Below are positions 1-14,933 of a DNA stretch of 64,000 bases, piece by piece. How positions within the stretch are numbered: the stretch's first letter is position 1; the number at the start of each line of letters is the position of its first letter. The stretch lies in assembly GCA_951406725.2 (NCBI GenBank), contig OX597831.1, positions 33,232,001-33,296,000 on the forward strand, given 5' to 3'. The DNA comes from Octopus vulgaris (lineage: Eukaryota). Below the pieces are notes generated by a model. It was not told where the DNA came from. It searched no databases and was given only the letters and a program-made list of their open reading frames with translations. Made by a program: the position numbers and the translations under genes.

Positions 1-52
1 CTGTAGAGCTTATCCCGAACGGGTAATGCATCTTGATAGCATTGCCAGGCCA
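1..52 (-). mobile_element. 5'-truncated end of a Tx1/L1-clade LINE copy (continues beyond the window start)
   Basis: Close match to 978-1030 and 15730-15779 (ORF2 WQCYR.ALPVRDKL region); abuts (GATA)n at 53. Confidence 0.8.
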
Positions 53-68
53 GATAGATAGATAGATC

Positions 69-154
<86 letters not shown>

Positions 155-230
155 GGGTAGACAGATAGAGGGATAGATAGACCGAGGGGTAGATAGATTG
201 AGAGGGAAAGAGAGACAGATAGTTAGATAG
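53..230. repeat. (GATA)n microsatellite, degenerate at its right end
   Basis: Direct reading. Confidence 0.95.
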
Positions 231-234
231 ACGG

Positions 235-3200
235 ATATGTTTCTTTATTGGCCACACTGGGCTGAACACAGTGGGGACAAAATACGAAGTAGAGCTTTTC
301 TTTTTAGGAAGAAGGAAAAAAGAAAAGGGGTATAATTTCGATCAAAAGGGATTGTGAAAACAAAAGGCCGATCAATAGGGATCGTGTATCACAGAAATGT
401 CACAATGCAAAAGGGGAAACAGATTAGGTTTATCTGTGGAAAGAAAAGCCTACGGAAAAGACCACGGTAACCTTGGGCAATAATGTCATGCAAAAAAACA
501 CATTACGGTAAGTGACTCTCTTTTTGCCTTTTTTTTTTTGGTTCATAGGATTATGCTCAAGGTGATTCCGTCATTCACACGTGCCATCCTTGCTACATTC
601 ACCCATCTGTTTTTGAAACATTCACTAGACAAAACTTCCCTCTCTACTCTCACCTTCCTCTTCAAGAAGTTGATGAGAGATTCACCAGAGAGGAAAGTGT
701 TTGTCTCTAGAACTTTCAGATGCGTCCACTATACACATTCTGTCGCCATAGCCACAAGTACGTTGAAAATGGCACTTCCTTCCTGTTTGAAGGAAGGAGG
801 CACGACAATATTCACGATAGACTCGGTTGACAAACCGACTCGTCCCACACGCGATAGCAGTCTTTCGACATAGGCCTACGGGTCGGAAATGGTTGGACAC
901 TGCATGAACGCGTGCAGAACGGTTTCGTCACTCTGACCGCATCACAGGCAAGTCGGCCCCGTGTTTCTTGAGCCATGCCTGTAGAGCTTATCTCGAACGG
1001 GTAGCGCTTCTCGATAGCACTGCCAGGCCAGGGATCTCTGGAAGTTGTCCATAGGTCCCGCCCTGAAAGTCATTTTGAACAGGCGTGTCAGGTATTCCTC
1101 GTCGACGTCCAGGTTCGCCCCAAGATCGTCGTCGTACCTTCCCTCCACTAATCCCCTATAGAATGCTTTGGTTGTGCTGAAGTCGCTCAAGGTCGACCCG
1201 GGACGGCATAGTTGCTCGAGAGCAACGCGACACCCGCGGTGCCATTCGCCCTTCCTCGGCCTCTTTTTGATCCACGACTGCAGTTCGGTCATGGAGACGA
1301 GCTGCAGTAAAGCGTGCCTCACAAACGGCGACAACACCTGTTCACCGTCGCCCACGTAGAGCCTGAGATGTCGAAGTCTCAGCGCGTGTCTGCGCATCAT
1401 CAACCACGACATGCCCAGCCCACCTTTTAACGGGTGTTGGCAGCAAACGGATGGCTTGACCATCGGAACGCATCTTTTCCACAAGAAGTGGAAGAGAATG
1501 CATTCCAGTTTGGTGATGGTAGGGTCAGGACAAGATACATCGGTCAGGCGGAAGTAGATGACGGACGCAATGTACATGTTCGCCACCTCCGCCCGACGTT
1601 TTAGGGACAGCTTCCTCTCGGCCCATAGCCGGGTGAGAGTGACCACCCTACTCGTATTCTCGTTCCAGTTCTCCGTTTTGAGGTTCGGAGCAAACCAGAC
1701 CACATGCAATTCGACCGGGCTGTCGGTTCAGCGTCCCACAACGGAGGCGCTGGTAGACGGCATGGATTTGCTTCGGAAAATGGGACCGAAACCAGCCGCT
1801 ATCAGCCTCCAAGTATCGAAAGCTTTGTATTGATCCAAATTGATCAGGATCCTACTCATGCCAGTTTCCTTAACTACCCTGTCTACGATGTAGCGCATCA
1901 GATGGAGGTTGTCATGGGTACTCCGACCCGGCACGGCGCACGTTTGCGCCTTTTCGACCGGTTTCTCGATGACAAGCCCTAGCCTCTTGGCTAACACCTT
2001 GGCCAAAATTTTCAAATCTGCATTGAGCAGAATGATGGGCCTAAAGTTATCTATTACGTCCCCCTTGTTTGGATCATTCTTCAGCAGCATTACGGCTCCT
2101 CATCTCATAAAACCAGGGATGCTTCCGTTTTGCTGCCAATTGCAGTACACTACTGCCAAGGCGTCTCCAAACAAGTCTGGCATACAACTGTAAAGCTCGT
2201 AGGGTAGACCATCCAAACCCGGTGATTTGTCCCTCGATCATTCTGCCATCGCGTCCCGCACTTCTACCGCCGTGATGGCACCTTCGCAGCACTCTGCTTC
2301 TCTTTTCGAGAATCGTGGCGGGCTGTGCAGGTAGGCACTGAAGTCCACCCTGCGTTCTCGCTCGCCACTTGTCCCGAACAGTCGGGCAAAATGCTGTTGA
2401 AAGGCCTCACACATTTTATTTGGCTCGAGTAATTTGCGCCCTTGTTCATCTACCAGAGACAGAATGGTGGCTTTGTTGCCCTGTTGCGACTCTGCCACAC
2501 CGGCCTCTCGCGCGGCTCCAACACCTTCGTTCCTTAGAGCACGCATCCTAGCCCTGACAACACATCCTTCGTGTTTGGCGTTGAAGTGTTGGTCGAGGGT
2601 CAACCTCGCCACCAAAACTCGGATACGATGCCACTTCTTATTGCCTCTTCTAGCGTCTTAACTCACTCACCCTCTACTCTGTCTCTATCTATGGCTAGTG
2701 CTTTGCTATACCTAATCGCTTCTGCTTTTATTGCACCCTTGAGGGCAAACTCCCATTTGTTGCTGATGATGGCTCCCGTCGAAGCCCTCTTTACTAGCGT
2801 GATAATCCGGTCTCTGAAAACCTGTCTCGGCGTGAAAGACGTATTTAGTTTCCAGTACCAGGGTCCCTGCCTATGTGCCTTATCTAATTCTTGCGTGCAC
2901 GTCACAATTTTGTGATCCGTGTGGCTGACTATGTGGAATTGTGGACACCCTACGCTATCTCTATCTACTATCCTACACAGTATCCTATCTAGATACGAAC
3001 TCGACGACCCGATGCGGTTGCTCCATATCCACGTAGGCGCATTCGGGTGGTCAGATAGTTGAAAGCAACTGAGCAGGTTTCTGAGGCATTTGCATCCCCG
3101 TGTATTCCTATTTCTGCCCACGTAATCTAGATGCGTGTCCAAGGTAGCATTCGAATCCCCACTAAAAGTAAAGGATGAGACGTTCCTAAGAATACTTCTA

Positions 3201-3265
3201 GACGTCGAAAGAAATCTGGCCGACCTGTTAAAGGCGGTGCATAGACTGATACGAGTCGAAAAGCG
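235..3265 (-). mobile_element. Decayed Tx1/L1-clade LINE: C-terminal half of APE endonuclease, internally deleted RT, zf-RVT/CCHC domain, 3'UTR
   Basis: ORF pieces: FSGDSNA..SYLDRIL..HTDHK..YWKLN (APE); NFRPIILLNADLKILAKVLAKRL..GRSTHDN..INLDQYKAFD (RT motifs 1-3; motifs 4-7 missing near 1768); HPLKGGLG; C-x2-C..ETVLH..C zinc knuckle; several frameshifts and stops. Confidence 0.9.
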
Positions 3266-3990
<725 letters not shown>

Positions 3991-4312
3991 GAAGGCGCGT
4001 GGCTTAATATTTCTAGTATTCGATTCACCATCGTAATGTCGTGAGTTCAATTCTCGGCGACGCGTTGTGTCCTTGAGCAAGACACTTTATTTCCCATTGA
4101 TCCAGTCCATTCAGCTGATAAAAATGAGTTGTACCTGTAATTCACAAGGGCTAGCCTTGTCACATTCTGTGTCATGCTAAATCTCTATGAGAACTACGTT
4201 AAGAGTATGCATGTCTGTAGAGTGCTCAGCCACTTGCACATTAATCCACGAGCAGTTTGTTCCGTTGATCGGATCAACTGGAACACTCATCATCGTAACC
4301 GACGGAGTGCCA
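3991..4312 (+). mobile_element. tRNA-derived SINE, family B (tail type B1), inserted into the RTE remnant
   Basis: Head ggcgcgtggctta..gagttcaattc (A/B box-like), body ccttgagcaagacact; homologous to 23385, 28837 and 46493. Confidence 0.85.
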
Positions 4313-5600
4313 TTCATTTCAGTCGCTTGTACTCGAACCGTTCACTTTCGATCATTACTTCACCTTCATGACCACAGACGTGGATAGGCACGGAAACCGA
4401 ATTGAAGACAGCTAGTTCGGCGTTTTTACCAGCCTCATCTCTTCTGAGGACGGAATGCCAGGGCAGGCTCTTAACTGTGCCAGCGCCTGCAATTCTGGCT
4501 TCCAATCCAGGCCCCTGCTTCCCATCACTCGTGAATGCGGTCCGGAGGTACGTAAACGTCTACAGTGGTCTCAGTGATTTTTTAATAACGTGCAGGGTGC
4601 ACTGGGAATATTTTTTCGAAAAGACCAATGTGTGTCTTCGTAACACTAATTTTCATCTCAGCCTTAAGGCCCTCGACAACAAACTCAGTACATGCTAGAG
4701 ATCATCTTCTGATGATCCAAGTGGCACCACGTCGCATTAAATACAAGCTGACCGATCCTACACTCACCGGTTGTGATTTCACTTCCACAACCGCTGCGCA
4801 TGTCAATCCAGTTCATAAAAATTATCAAAAGGATAGGTGACAATACACACCCCTGCCAATGTCAAAAACCAACCTTCAAAAGGTTTCGACTTAGCATCAT
4901 ATACCCTGACACAGACATCTAGGCATTCGTATAGGGACTTCACGGCAAAATGTTGTCCATTAATCTCAAACTCCTGCAAAATCTTCCACAGCATCTCCCA
5001 CAGTCATATGCTTTTCGAGGTCTACAAAGCAAGCGTACACCTCTTGACAGTATTCTCACAAGTTCTCGAAGATCTGCCGCTGAGTGAATATCTGGTTGGT
5101 TGAGCTGCGCCCGAAACGAAAGCCACACTGTTCTTCAGCTAGCTTGTGTTCAGCAATATACCTACATCTCTTTTAACAAACATCTAGCGTACTGGGGTGG
5201 GGGGAGGCTCTACAAAGACGTTCCTCTATAAATAAAGCACTCATTCTTATCTCCCTTTTCAAAAATTGGGATTATCGCCCCAGGTCGCCAATGCTTTGGT
5301 GTCTTTCTATAGATCTAAGACACCAGATTTAAAGCTGCTTTTAACATCTCAGGCCGCATTTCATCCTCTCCAGCGGCCGTACCATATTTGAGCGTTTTAA
5401 TCGCATCTATGACTTCAGCCTAGGTGAGATTAGCCTTCGCCCTTAGATGAACTTCGTGACAGCCGGAAGATTTTATTATGAGTGGATTTAGACCAGCAAA
5501 GAATGAAGAACATCAGCCGAGTTCTTAATAACTGGTGTTCTTAACAGTAGAGCTTCTTGTTATGGAGTTGGTGGACGACCTGCCTAACTAATTTCAGAGT
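4313..5600 (-). mobile_element. Decayed RTE-clade LINE, RT region
   Basis: Fragments AEVIDAIKTLKYGTAAGEDEMRPEMLKA, ..FVDLEK(A)YD..LWKILQEFEI..VKSLYECLDVCVRV..SKPF; many stops. Confidence 0.75.
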
Positions 5601-5751
5601 TCAGCTTAGCTCAAAAGTCCTTTCATGAGGACTTGGGTGTTTTACAATCTCTGCTGCAACGTTTAGGCCTCAATGTACCGCATGTGCAAAGACCCTGTGC
5701 ACCCGCACGAGAAACGCAGAGTAGCAAATGACTGACTCGACCAATATACGC

Positions 5752-5812
<61 letters not shown>

Positions 5813-7343
5813 TAATACAAAAAATGGGATAAGAACGTAAAACATCGAGACAGATGATACAAAAAAAAAAGAGACAAGAAAAACAAGGACGGGTCATTCG
5901 GAATTTTCTTTCGTCAGTCGAGTTCCAGATTATCTTTGCAATGTCGGATGGTTATACTCGAGATTGCTCCAATCTGGCCAGCACCAAGGAAAAACTAAGC
6001 TAAGAGTACAAGATTCCTTGGAAGAAAGCAGCGAATGTATACGAAAACAAGGACAGAAAAAAGTGGAGAAATGGTACACAAATACAAATGCAAATATATA
6101 TATATATTGATAGTTAGATAGACGTCTTGACGTGATAAGAATTTTATAAGCTTTCGAGAAAAAATGACACGATATTTTGGGGGAATAAAGGTTCTCGAAG
6201 AACATCACATACAACTATAAAAATAGTATGTAGATAGATATTAGGTTGAGAAAACCTTTAGGATAGGAAAAGTCGAAAGTTGCCTGTTGATTTCGAACTC
6301 GTGTCTCTTTTAGACGTGGCAGACGTTCTACCATTGGACCAATGCAACCACATGAATCGATCCACTGTAGAAACTTTATTCTTATCAGCGCTTCGGACGT
6401 TGCTGTTTTCCATAATTTATTCATAGAAAACATCTCTCTGTGATGTACTCACCGTTTCTACCCCACGGAATATCATCAGGAAAAGATAAATCAGTTCCAC
6501 TATGTAAAACATTACAACAAACCTTTATGTATTCTCATTGCTATGATACTCTCGATAACGAATCTTTTTTATTAGAGGGGGTTTTTTGTAATGGTTTTAG
6601 GTGTTCTGGGGGGTTCGTTTGTATAGGGATTTTCGTTTACTTGTTTATCTTTCGCATTGTTTTTATTTGTTTCGTAAAGTTAAGTAGATTTATCTTTTCC
6701 TGATGCTATCAAAATGGTTTCAAATGAAGGGCGTTTTGTAACGTGATACATGTCCTGTACTCGTATGTATATATTATATGTTGGTATGTACATATATGTA
6801 AGTATATATGCATATATTTATGTATTATTTATATTATATATATATATAGTTTTGTAATGTATAGTAGACGTTGAAGACATCGCTAATTGTTGCTCCGAAT
6901 ATTGTGAAATTGATCTTAGGGCGGAAGATCTGAAATTAGAACTCCAGACCAATCCTGAAATATCCATTTTACATAAACCAACACACCACTTCACCTACGC
7001 CATATAAATATATGTATGTGTGTGCGTAGCAGTGTGGTCTATGAGTGTATCTCTCTTTCTCTGTCTCTCACTCGCTCTCTCGCTCTCTACATACACACGC
7101 ACATATATGTGTGTGTGTGTGTATCTATGTATTTATGCATTTATATATACAACACACAGGGCACACCACACACACACATACATACACACACATTATCTCG
7201 CATTTTCAGGATGCTACAGAATTTAAGTGCATACAAACAGAAAAATATATTTGAGTAAACATTTAATATACGAAATAAAAAGTTATAGACGCTTCGATAT
7301 TTGAACGTAATATGTATTAATGTATGCATACATATGTAAGTAC

Positions 7344-7422
<79 letters not shown>

Positions 7423-7515
7423 TGTGTGTGATGTGTGTCATTGTTTCTGCCATAAAAGCTTGACAAAATATCTACATCGCTTGTTTATATACAAATAAAC
7501 AGTTGCGTGCACATT

Positions 7516-7575
<60 letters not shown>

Positions 7576-7989
7576 CATATATATACATATATATACAACA
7601 CACATATATACATATATATAAATATGTATATATATAGATATATACAGATATAGGTATGTATATAAACATATATACATACATACTTGCGTGTGATTGCAGG
7701 TATTAGTGTGAAAGTGTGTGTGTGTGTGTGAAGGTACGAAAACGTCATCAGCAAATTCGACGTAATTACAAATAACTATAAAAAAGTATATAAAATGAAT
7801 AAAATACAAATATAATATTAAAAATATTTCCTAATAAAACAACTTTAAATTTTCATATTTCTTATTTTATTTTCTATAAAATTGGTGAAAATAAATTAGA
7901 ATCTACCTCACAGATGTCACCTCGAACACACCTATACTAAAAGACACCGGTATGTCACCTTAATACATACATACATACATACATATATG

Positions 7990-8045
<56 letters not shown>

Positions 8046-8064
8046 CATACATACATACATATAA

Positions 8065-8113
<49 letters not shown>

Positions 8114-8135
8114 CAAATATATGTATGTATGCATG

Positions 8136-8172
<37 letters not shown>

Positions 8173-8302
8173 TGAGAGACTTAGATGAGTAGATATAAAG
8201 ATAGTTAGTTTTCCTGATAAGTGGATGCACGTCCATTTATAGATATTTACACAGACACACACACACATATATATTCATATATATATACACCTATATACAT
8301 AT

Positions 8303-8359
<57 letters not shown>

Positions 8360-8624
8360 TGGTGTGCGGGTGTGGATAAACCATTTACTTTTCTCTGCAA
8401 TAATTCTTTCTTTCAAGTAATTATTTTAGAATTAAAAAAAAAGTAACTAATTTTATATACACTACTCATTTAAAAATTTCATTTATTAAAAATCTTGGTT
8501 AAAAAACTGAAATCATCATTATCATCATCATTATTATTAGTTTTTGCTGCTGTTATAAAATTATTAATTTGGCATATTACTATTTTTGCCACTCCAGCAA
8601 TCTTCAATAATAATAATTTCTAAT

Positions 8625-8785
8625 TTTGACACAAGGCCAGTAATTTTAGGGGCGGGGACTAGTCGATTACGTCACTGAAAGGATGAAAGGCAAAGTCGAA
8701 CTTAGCGGAATATGAACTCAGAACGTAGCGGTAGACGAAATGCCGCTAGGTATTTTTACCGGCGTGCTAACGTTTTTGCCAGCTC
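8625..8785 (-). mobile_element. tRNA-derived SINE family C (decayed)
   Basis: Minus strand: gagctggcaaaaacgttagcacgccgg..gagttcatattccg..tttgcctttcatcc; homologous to 57727-57957. Confidence 0.8.
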
Positions 8786-8793
8786 ACCGATTT

Positions 8794-8839
8794 AATAATA
8801 ATAAAAATAAAAATAGTGATAATAATGATAATGATGATG

Positions 8840-8934
<95 letters not shown>

Positions 8935-8964
8935 AAGAAGAAGAAGAAGAAGAAGAAGAAGAAG
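8794..8964. repeat. (AAT)n followed by (AAG)n microsatellite
   Basis: Direct reading. Confidence 0.95.
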
Positions 8965-9106
8965 GCATTCACTAGTACAACACTAAGTACAAAACCAAAT
9001 ATATGGCACCCTAGACATAACACCAACACGAACTTCCAACTTGTATCTTGAGGTCTCTGGGTGAGACTTGGAGCCAGCTTGTGCAAATGTAAAGCAAAAG
9101 TCAAAC
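8965..9106 (+). mobile_element. Probable 3'UTR-only remnant of a Dong/R4-like retrotransposon
   Basis: Ends in (TAA)n; has hairpin aggtctc-tgggt-gagactt (9051-9069) in the same position as the hairpins in other Dong 3'UTRs here. No coding part, so the assignment is inferred. Confidence 0.5.
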
Positions 9107-9203
<97 letters not shown>

Positions 9204-9216
9204 TGATGATGATAAT

Positions 9217-9601
9217 AGCCAGACATAGTGTTAATTGAGAAAGAGAACAAACTATGTTGGATCATAGATATAGCATGCGCAGCTGACAACTGGGTATTCG
9301 ATAAGGAAGAAAGAAAAGTCTTAGATATGATAGATTAGGTTGGGAGGTTAAGTAGTTGTGGTCGATGAAAAAGGTGGTAGTAGTACCAATAATTGTCGGA
9401 GCCCTGGGGACAGTGAGAAAAAAGTCTTGAGAATTACATGGAACAAATAGGGGCTGCAATAAGGGTGGAGCACTTGCAGAAAACAGCACTGATTGGAACC
9501 GCTCGAATACTCCGGATGGTGCTTGAAAACTAAGAGATGTTACCTGGTAGTGAACAGCAGACACTGTAGTACATCTCCAGCGTTAGAAGCTGTGCAAAGG
9601 C
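9217..9601 (+). mobile_element. Dong/R4-clade retrotransposon 3' fragment (family 2), restriction-like endonuclease
   Basis: Reads PDIVLIEKENKLCWIIDIAC..DKE..VVVVPIIVGALGTV..EHLQKTALIGTARILRMVLEN* with frameshifts; flanked by (TAA)n. Confidence 0.85.
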
Positions 9602-9687
<86 letters not shown>

Positions 9688-9699
9688 TAATAATAATAA

Positions 9700-10410
<711 letters not shown>

Positions 10411-11308
10411 TATAATAATAATAATTATTATTATTATTATTATAGTCCTTTCTTGTGTAGGCACAAGGCCTGAAATTTGGGGTTGCCGTTTTGATGTATT
10501 TTGTCCGTTGTTCCAACCATTCTGGCAATCTACCGCTTCCTGTTTTCCGCCCTTAATAACTTCTACAATTAGCGCAAGGTCACACGTTTAGGAGGGATAA
10601 CAGTGCAGGCAGTTTAATTTACCCCAGTACTTAAGTTCCCTCTCTCCCTCCCCCTATCTCTCTCTATCTATCTCTCTATCTATTTCCCTATCTCCATCTC
10701 TCTTTTTCTGTGCCATGTCTACAAGTGTCAGCGATCATGAACATTGACACCGAAGTCTGGAAATTCTTGAGTTTCCTTGGGAAAAATACCGCATTGGTTT
10801 TCTATTTCCTTCTGTCTGATTATTCAGAGCTTAATCTGCTTGACCCTTGCTCTCCAGAACAAACTCTTCTGGCACTAAGCTTATTTAATCTTTGACAGAG
10901 GAATTAGTTCGTGGCACTTGGGTCATATATTCACAGTGATGGATCTGCGTGACACATTGTCTAAGGAGCCATCCTGTATACCGTCGCCGCAGAGTCACCT
11001 TATATTATTTGACCCATTACTATGAACCCATGGTGTGGCACAGTGTACTTGGGCCAAAAGGGTGATTTCAAAAGAAAAAGAACTGAAATAGTGGTAGTAA
11101 AATTTTAAAATAGTGCATCCCACTCCGCAATTTTTGCCTCACCACAGCGCGCTGGCAACCTGCGCTGCACTACTGGGACCCTGGTAAGTAATATCATCCT
11201 GTAGCAGAACTGACTCGGGAGTGGTACTAGATAATGAGTAATTACATACTCTCCCAAATCTTAATTCGCTATGGCTATATATTCCCTATGGTCACATAAA
11301 GAAACAAA

Positions 11309-12140
11309 TGTGGTCTGATCAATAAGTATCCGGACTGTTGCCATAGTAATGAAGCCAAAGCACACAAAATGAAGCTGCTTGGCACAGATTGACCTTCAGC
11401 TCTGCTGCACATGCATACTAAGTTTTAATGTTCTACATCACTTCCGCTGTTTACAGTAGAGCTTGGAAGTAACGTGTGTAGGGTATGTTCGTCGCATTGA
11501 CTATGACAGAGAAAGCGGAGCAAGGAATCTGCATCAAATTTTGCCAAAAGCTTGGCGTATCCTGCTCCAAGGCTTACGCAAAGTTTTCAAAAAGTTTTCA
11601 TCATTATTGACACAATTAAGGAGGTCTTGTGCAATTGAAACTCAAGTGTCTTTTTGGTCAGCTTTGGCACAAAGTTGTAAAATCGCGTCTCGTACCCAAA
11701 TCTTCAGTGACAATGGACTGAACTGAACCGTAACTAATCTACAGATCTGATAACTCACAGATGGTGATTCGACGATTTCGTATCACAGCTGCGAGCATAT
11801 CTGCGATGTTTTTCTCAGTTCTGCTAGTTGCGGGTCTCCCAGAACATTCATCAAAATCGACATTTTTCGGCGATCTTCGAAACTTGTGAACCACTCGTAC
11901 ACTTGTGTACGGCTCATACACTCCTCTCCATACGCTTTCTGCAACTTTGCATAGGCCTCCGAGCAAGTATCACCATGGCAACTTTCTCTGTCATGGTCAA
12001 TGCGAGGATCACACGCTACACACGTTACTTCCAAACACTGCTGTAAACAGTGGAAGAGAGGTAGAACGTTCAAAACTTAGTGCGCATGCACAGTAGAGTT
12101 CAAGGTCAATCTGTGCCATACGGATTTACTCTGTGTGCTT
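11309..12140. mobile_element. Mariner/Tc1 remnant made of two 5' ends in inverted orientation (foldback)
   Basis: Plus arm: TIR-like tggtctgatcaataagtatccgga, then MTEKAEQGICIKFCQKLG. Minus arm: GDTCSEAYAKLQKAYGEECMSRTQVYEWF..SGRPATSRTEKNI..RNRRITICEL (mariner HTH region). 11360-11515 is the reverse complement of ~11980-12140. Confidence 0.88.
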
Positions 12141-12144
12141 GTAT

Positions 12145-12308
12145 CTTTGATACAATTTTTTGGCGGGGTGTAAAGAAGGAAATAACCCTCATCTGCAATT
12201 TTGAGGAAATTCGAAACATAGATATTCCAGTTCATTAGAGAAAAAATAACAGAAAAGTCTAATTCTTCAATTGTATGTAACACGGGCAACGCCGGGTATC
12301 TCTACTAG
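12145..12308 (+). mobile_element. Helitron 3' terminus
   Basis: cgggcaacgccgggtatctctaCTAG|T: GC-rich subterminal motif, CTAG end, followed by T. Confidence 0.65.
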
Positions 12309-12319
12309 TATACATATAT

Positions 12320-12644
12320 ATACATTTATAAATAAGGATAATATCAATATTTAAATATCGATATTATCAAGTGGCCAGCATGGGAATAAATTCCATACAA
12401 AGGTAATAATTTTTTTACAACTATAAATAAGGGTGTCTGAGAGACACCACCATGCCGAGATAGCAGTCAAATCCCTGACTCTAAAAACCACCTTAAATGT
12501 TCATATCCCATCATGAGATAAGACAGAGGGACAAAATAAACTAGCAAAAAGATATTACTGGATAATTCAAGATCCTGGATTTCTAGCTTTGCTTCAAATA
12601 AGCTCTGCCTTCATCAGTTGAATATATCAGATGAGCACATAAAT

Positions 12645-12696
<52 letters not shown>

Positions 12697-12909
12697 CACA
12701 CGTTATACTTACATATACGAACGTACATACATACATATATATGCACGTATGTACAAGGCCAGTTCAAATTGCCCGCCAACCATCTCATAAGCACGATATG
12801 GTCAAAATAAACACCGCAGTGAATATAGTGACGAATTATATAAATATTGTACATACGTGCATATATATGTAGGTATGGACGTTCGTATATGTGAGTATAA
12901 CGTGTGTTA

Positions 12910-12910
<1 letters not shown>
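12320..12910 (+). mobile_element. Penelope-like non-autonomous repeat with a terminal inverted segment and a degenerate hammerhead motif
   Basis: Reverse complement of ~44205-44700; 12848-12908 inverts 12695-12755; hammerhead-like motif at 12430-12476. Confidence 0.55.
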
Positions 12911-12966
<56 letters not shown>

Positions 12967-12968
12967 TT

Positions 12969-13225
12969 ATTTATTGGACACCCTGCGGGATGGAAAACAA
13001 AACCCGTCAAAGGGCGGAGGAACTCTTGAGAGTCAACGGCCATCCAATAAATGTGTAATTTTTTTTTCTTAATGCGCGGGGACATAGAAATAATCGGCCT
13101 GAATACCCGATCGCGCGGTTAAACCATTGGGAGTGAAGGACTCCTATCCTTTGTTAGGGCATCCTTCTAGAAGAAGGTAACTCAGGTAACTGGGATAACT
13201 CCGACATAAAACCTGCGACTCAGTG
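12969..13225 (+). mobile_element. Repeat resembling an RTE-type 5'UTR with a structured 5' end
   Basis: gggcatccttctagaagaaggtaactc..aaacc resembles a motif I recall from RTE 5'UTRs; a 10-bp closing stem pairs 12969-12978 with 13043-13052. Confidence 0.35.
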
Positions 13226-13767
13226 ATTACCGTTGATGTTGACTTGTTCTTCTTTTCGGATAATGGCTGCTGTTGCTTAGTGAGTGGGATTGACTCAGTG
13301 CACAGCCTTTCCTCACTTTAAAAATCTTCTTGCACAGGAATTGCACGATAACAACATTGTTCATGATTGTTGATGGTGCTGTGAGTCTCAACTGAATGGC
13401 TGGCTGGCTGTAGCCTTAAAAAGCAAATAAAAGTCACATTCGATCACAGCACCAATAACAGTTAAGCTTCGTGCAATGGCCATACTCGATAACGAGGGGG
13501 CAGCCATCATATATATATTTGTATTTATGCTCCCCCACTACTTCTGCTTGTGGTCAGATATGCACATATTGTCAGCCACTAAGGGACATGCTCAACTGAT
13601 TAAGGTCAAACAACTGATAAGCAAATCTGTGGTATTGAGCAGAATATTTGCTGTAGCCCATCTTTTAAACCAAGACAAAACAATGTGCATGATAACATTT
13701 CCAATCAGTTAAGATCAGCAGCCATGAAAGCCACTGCCTGGTACTCTATCAGTTCATTTATTTTTAC

Positions 13768-13857
<90 letters not shown>

Positions 13858-14492
13858 CCTTTGAATTTCAAAGAATATTTATGTTTAAACTATTTCTACA
13901 GTCTGTCGTTTCAGAAATTTCCCATCAATATGAGCCACCTTCCGAACCCACCACCACCACCACCACCACCACCACCTTCACCTCACGCTTCAACAGGAAG
14001 TAGAACCACCGACATTACAACTTCATTACCATCCATCATACAAGCAGAAAGGCTAACTAACGCGAAGCTTTTCAGGAATTATTAAGCCTATTAATACCCA
14101 AGAGTTTTACAATTTGACTGATTTTGAGAGAACGGAAGATAAAGAGGAAAGTTTGTTCAATTGTCTTCAGAATCTATTAGATTCTATAACAGACCAGCTG
14201 CTTTCCTGCATCCATTTCTGACGTTTTCACGGCAAATCTTGCTGTCGGTCAGTGAAGTCTGTATCTGACTGAAGTGTGAGGAATTTTGCGATTGGAAGAT
14301 TCTGTTCTGTTCAGTTGTAGAGTTCAGTAAATGAAGGTGGGAGATTTTACACGTCTGACCAACAATATACATACATCACTACAGCGGTACTTGCTTCCAT
14401 GTGTGTGTGTACGTGTGTGTGTGTAGACACGTTACCGGCATGAGTATCTGCGCACAGAGATATATGAATGCATGCCTACATATTTACGTCGA

Positions 14493-14664
<172 letters not shown>

Positions 14665-14770
14665 CACATACATATATATGTGTATATCTATATGTATGTA
14701 CATAAGTATCTATCTATACACACATATATATGTATGTATTAATATATACATACATGTGTGTGTGTGTATG

Positions 14771-14811
<41 letters not shown>

Positions 14812-14838
14812 TGGAAGCAAAAAGAAATAGACAGATAA

Positions 14839-14930
<92 letters not shown>

Positions 14931-14933
<3 letters not shown>

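Noticed and set aside
5885-5925. Minus-strand CTGACGA..ttccGAATgacccGTC
   Set aside because: GAAA core is broken and there is no stem I or III; at most a remote remnant.
14184-14372. 62-aa ORF in a unique island
   Set aside because: No recognisable domain and no convincing splice sites on either strand.
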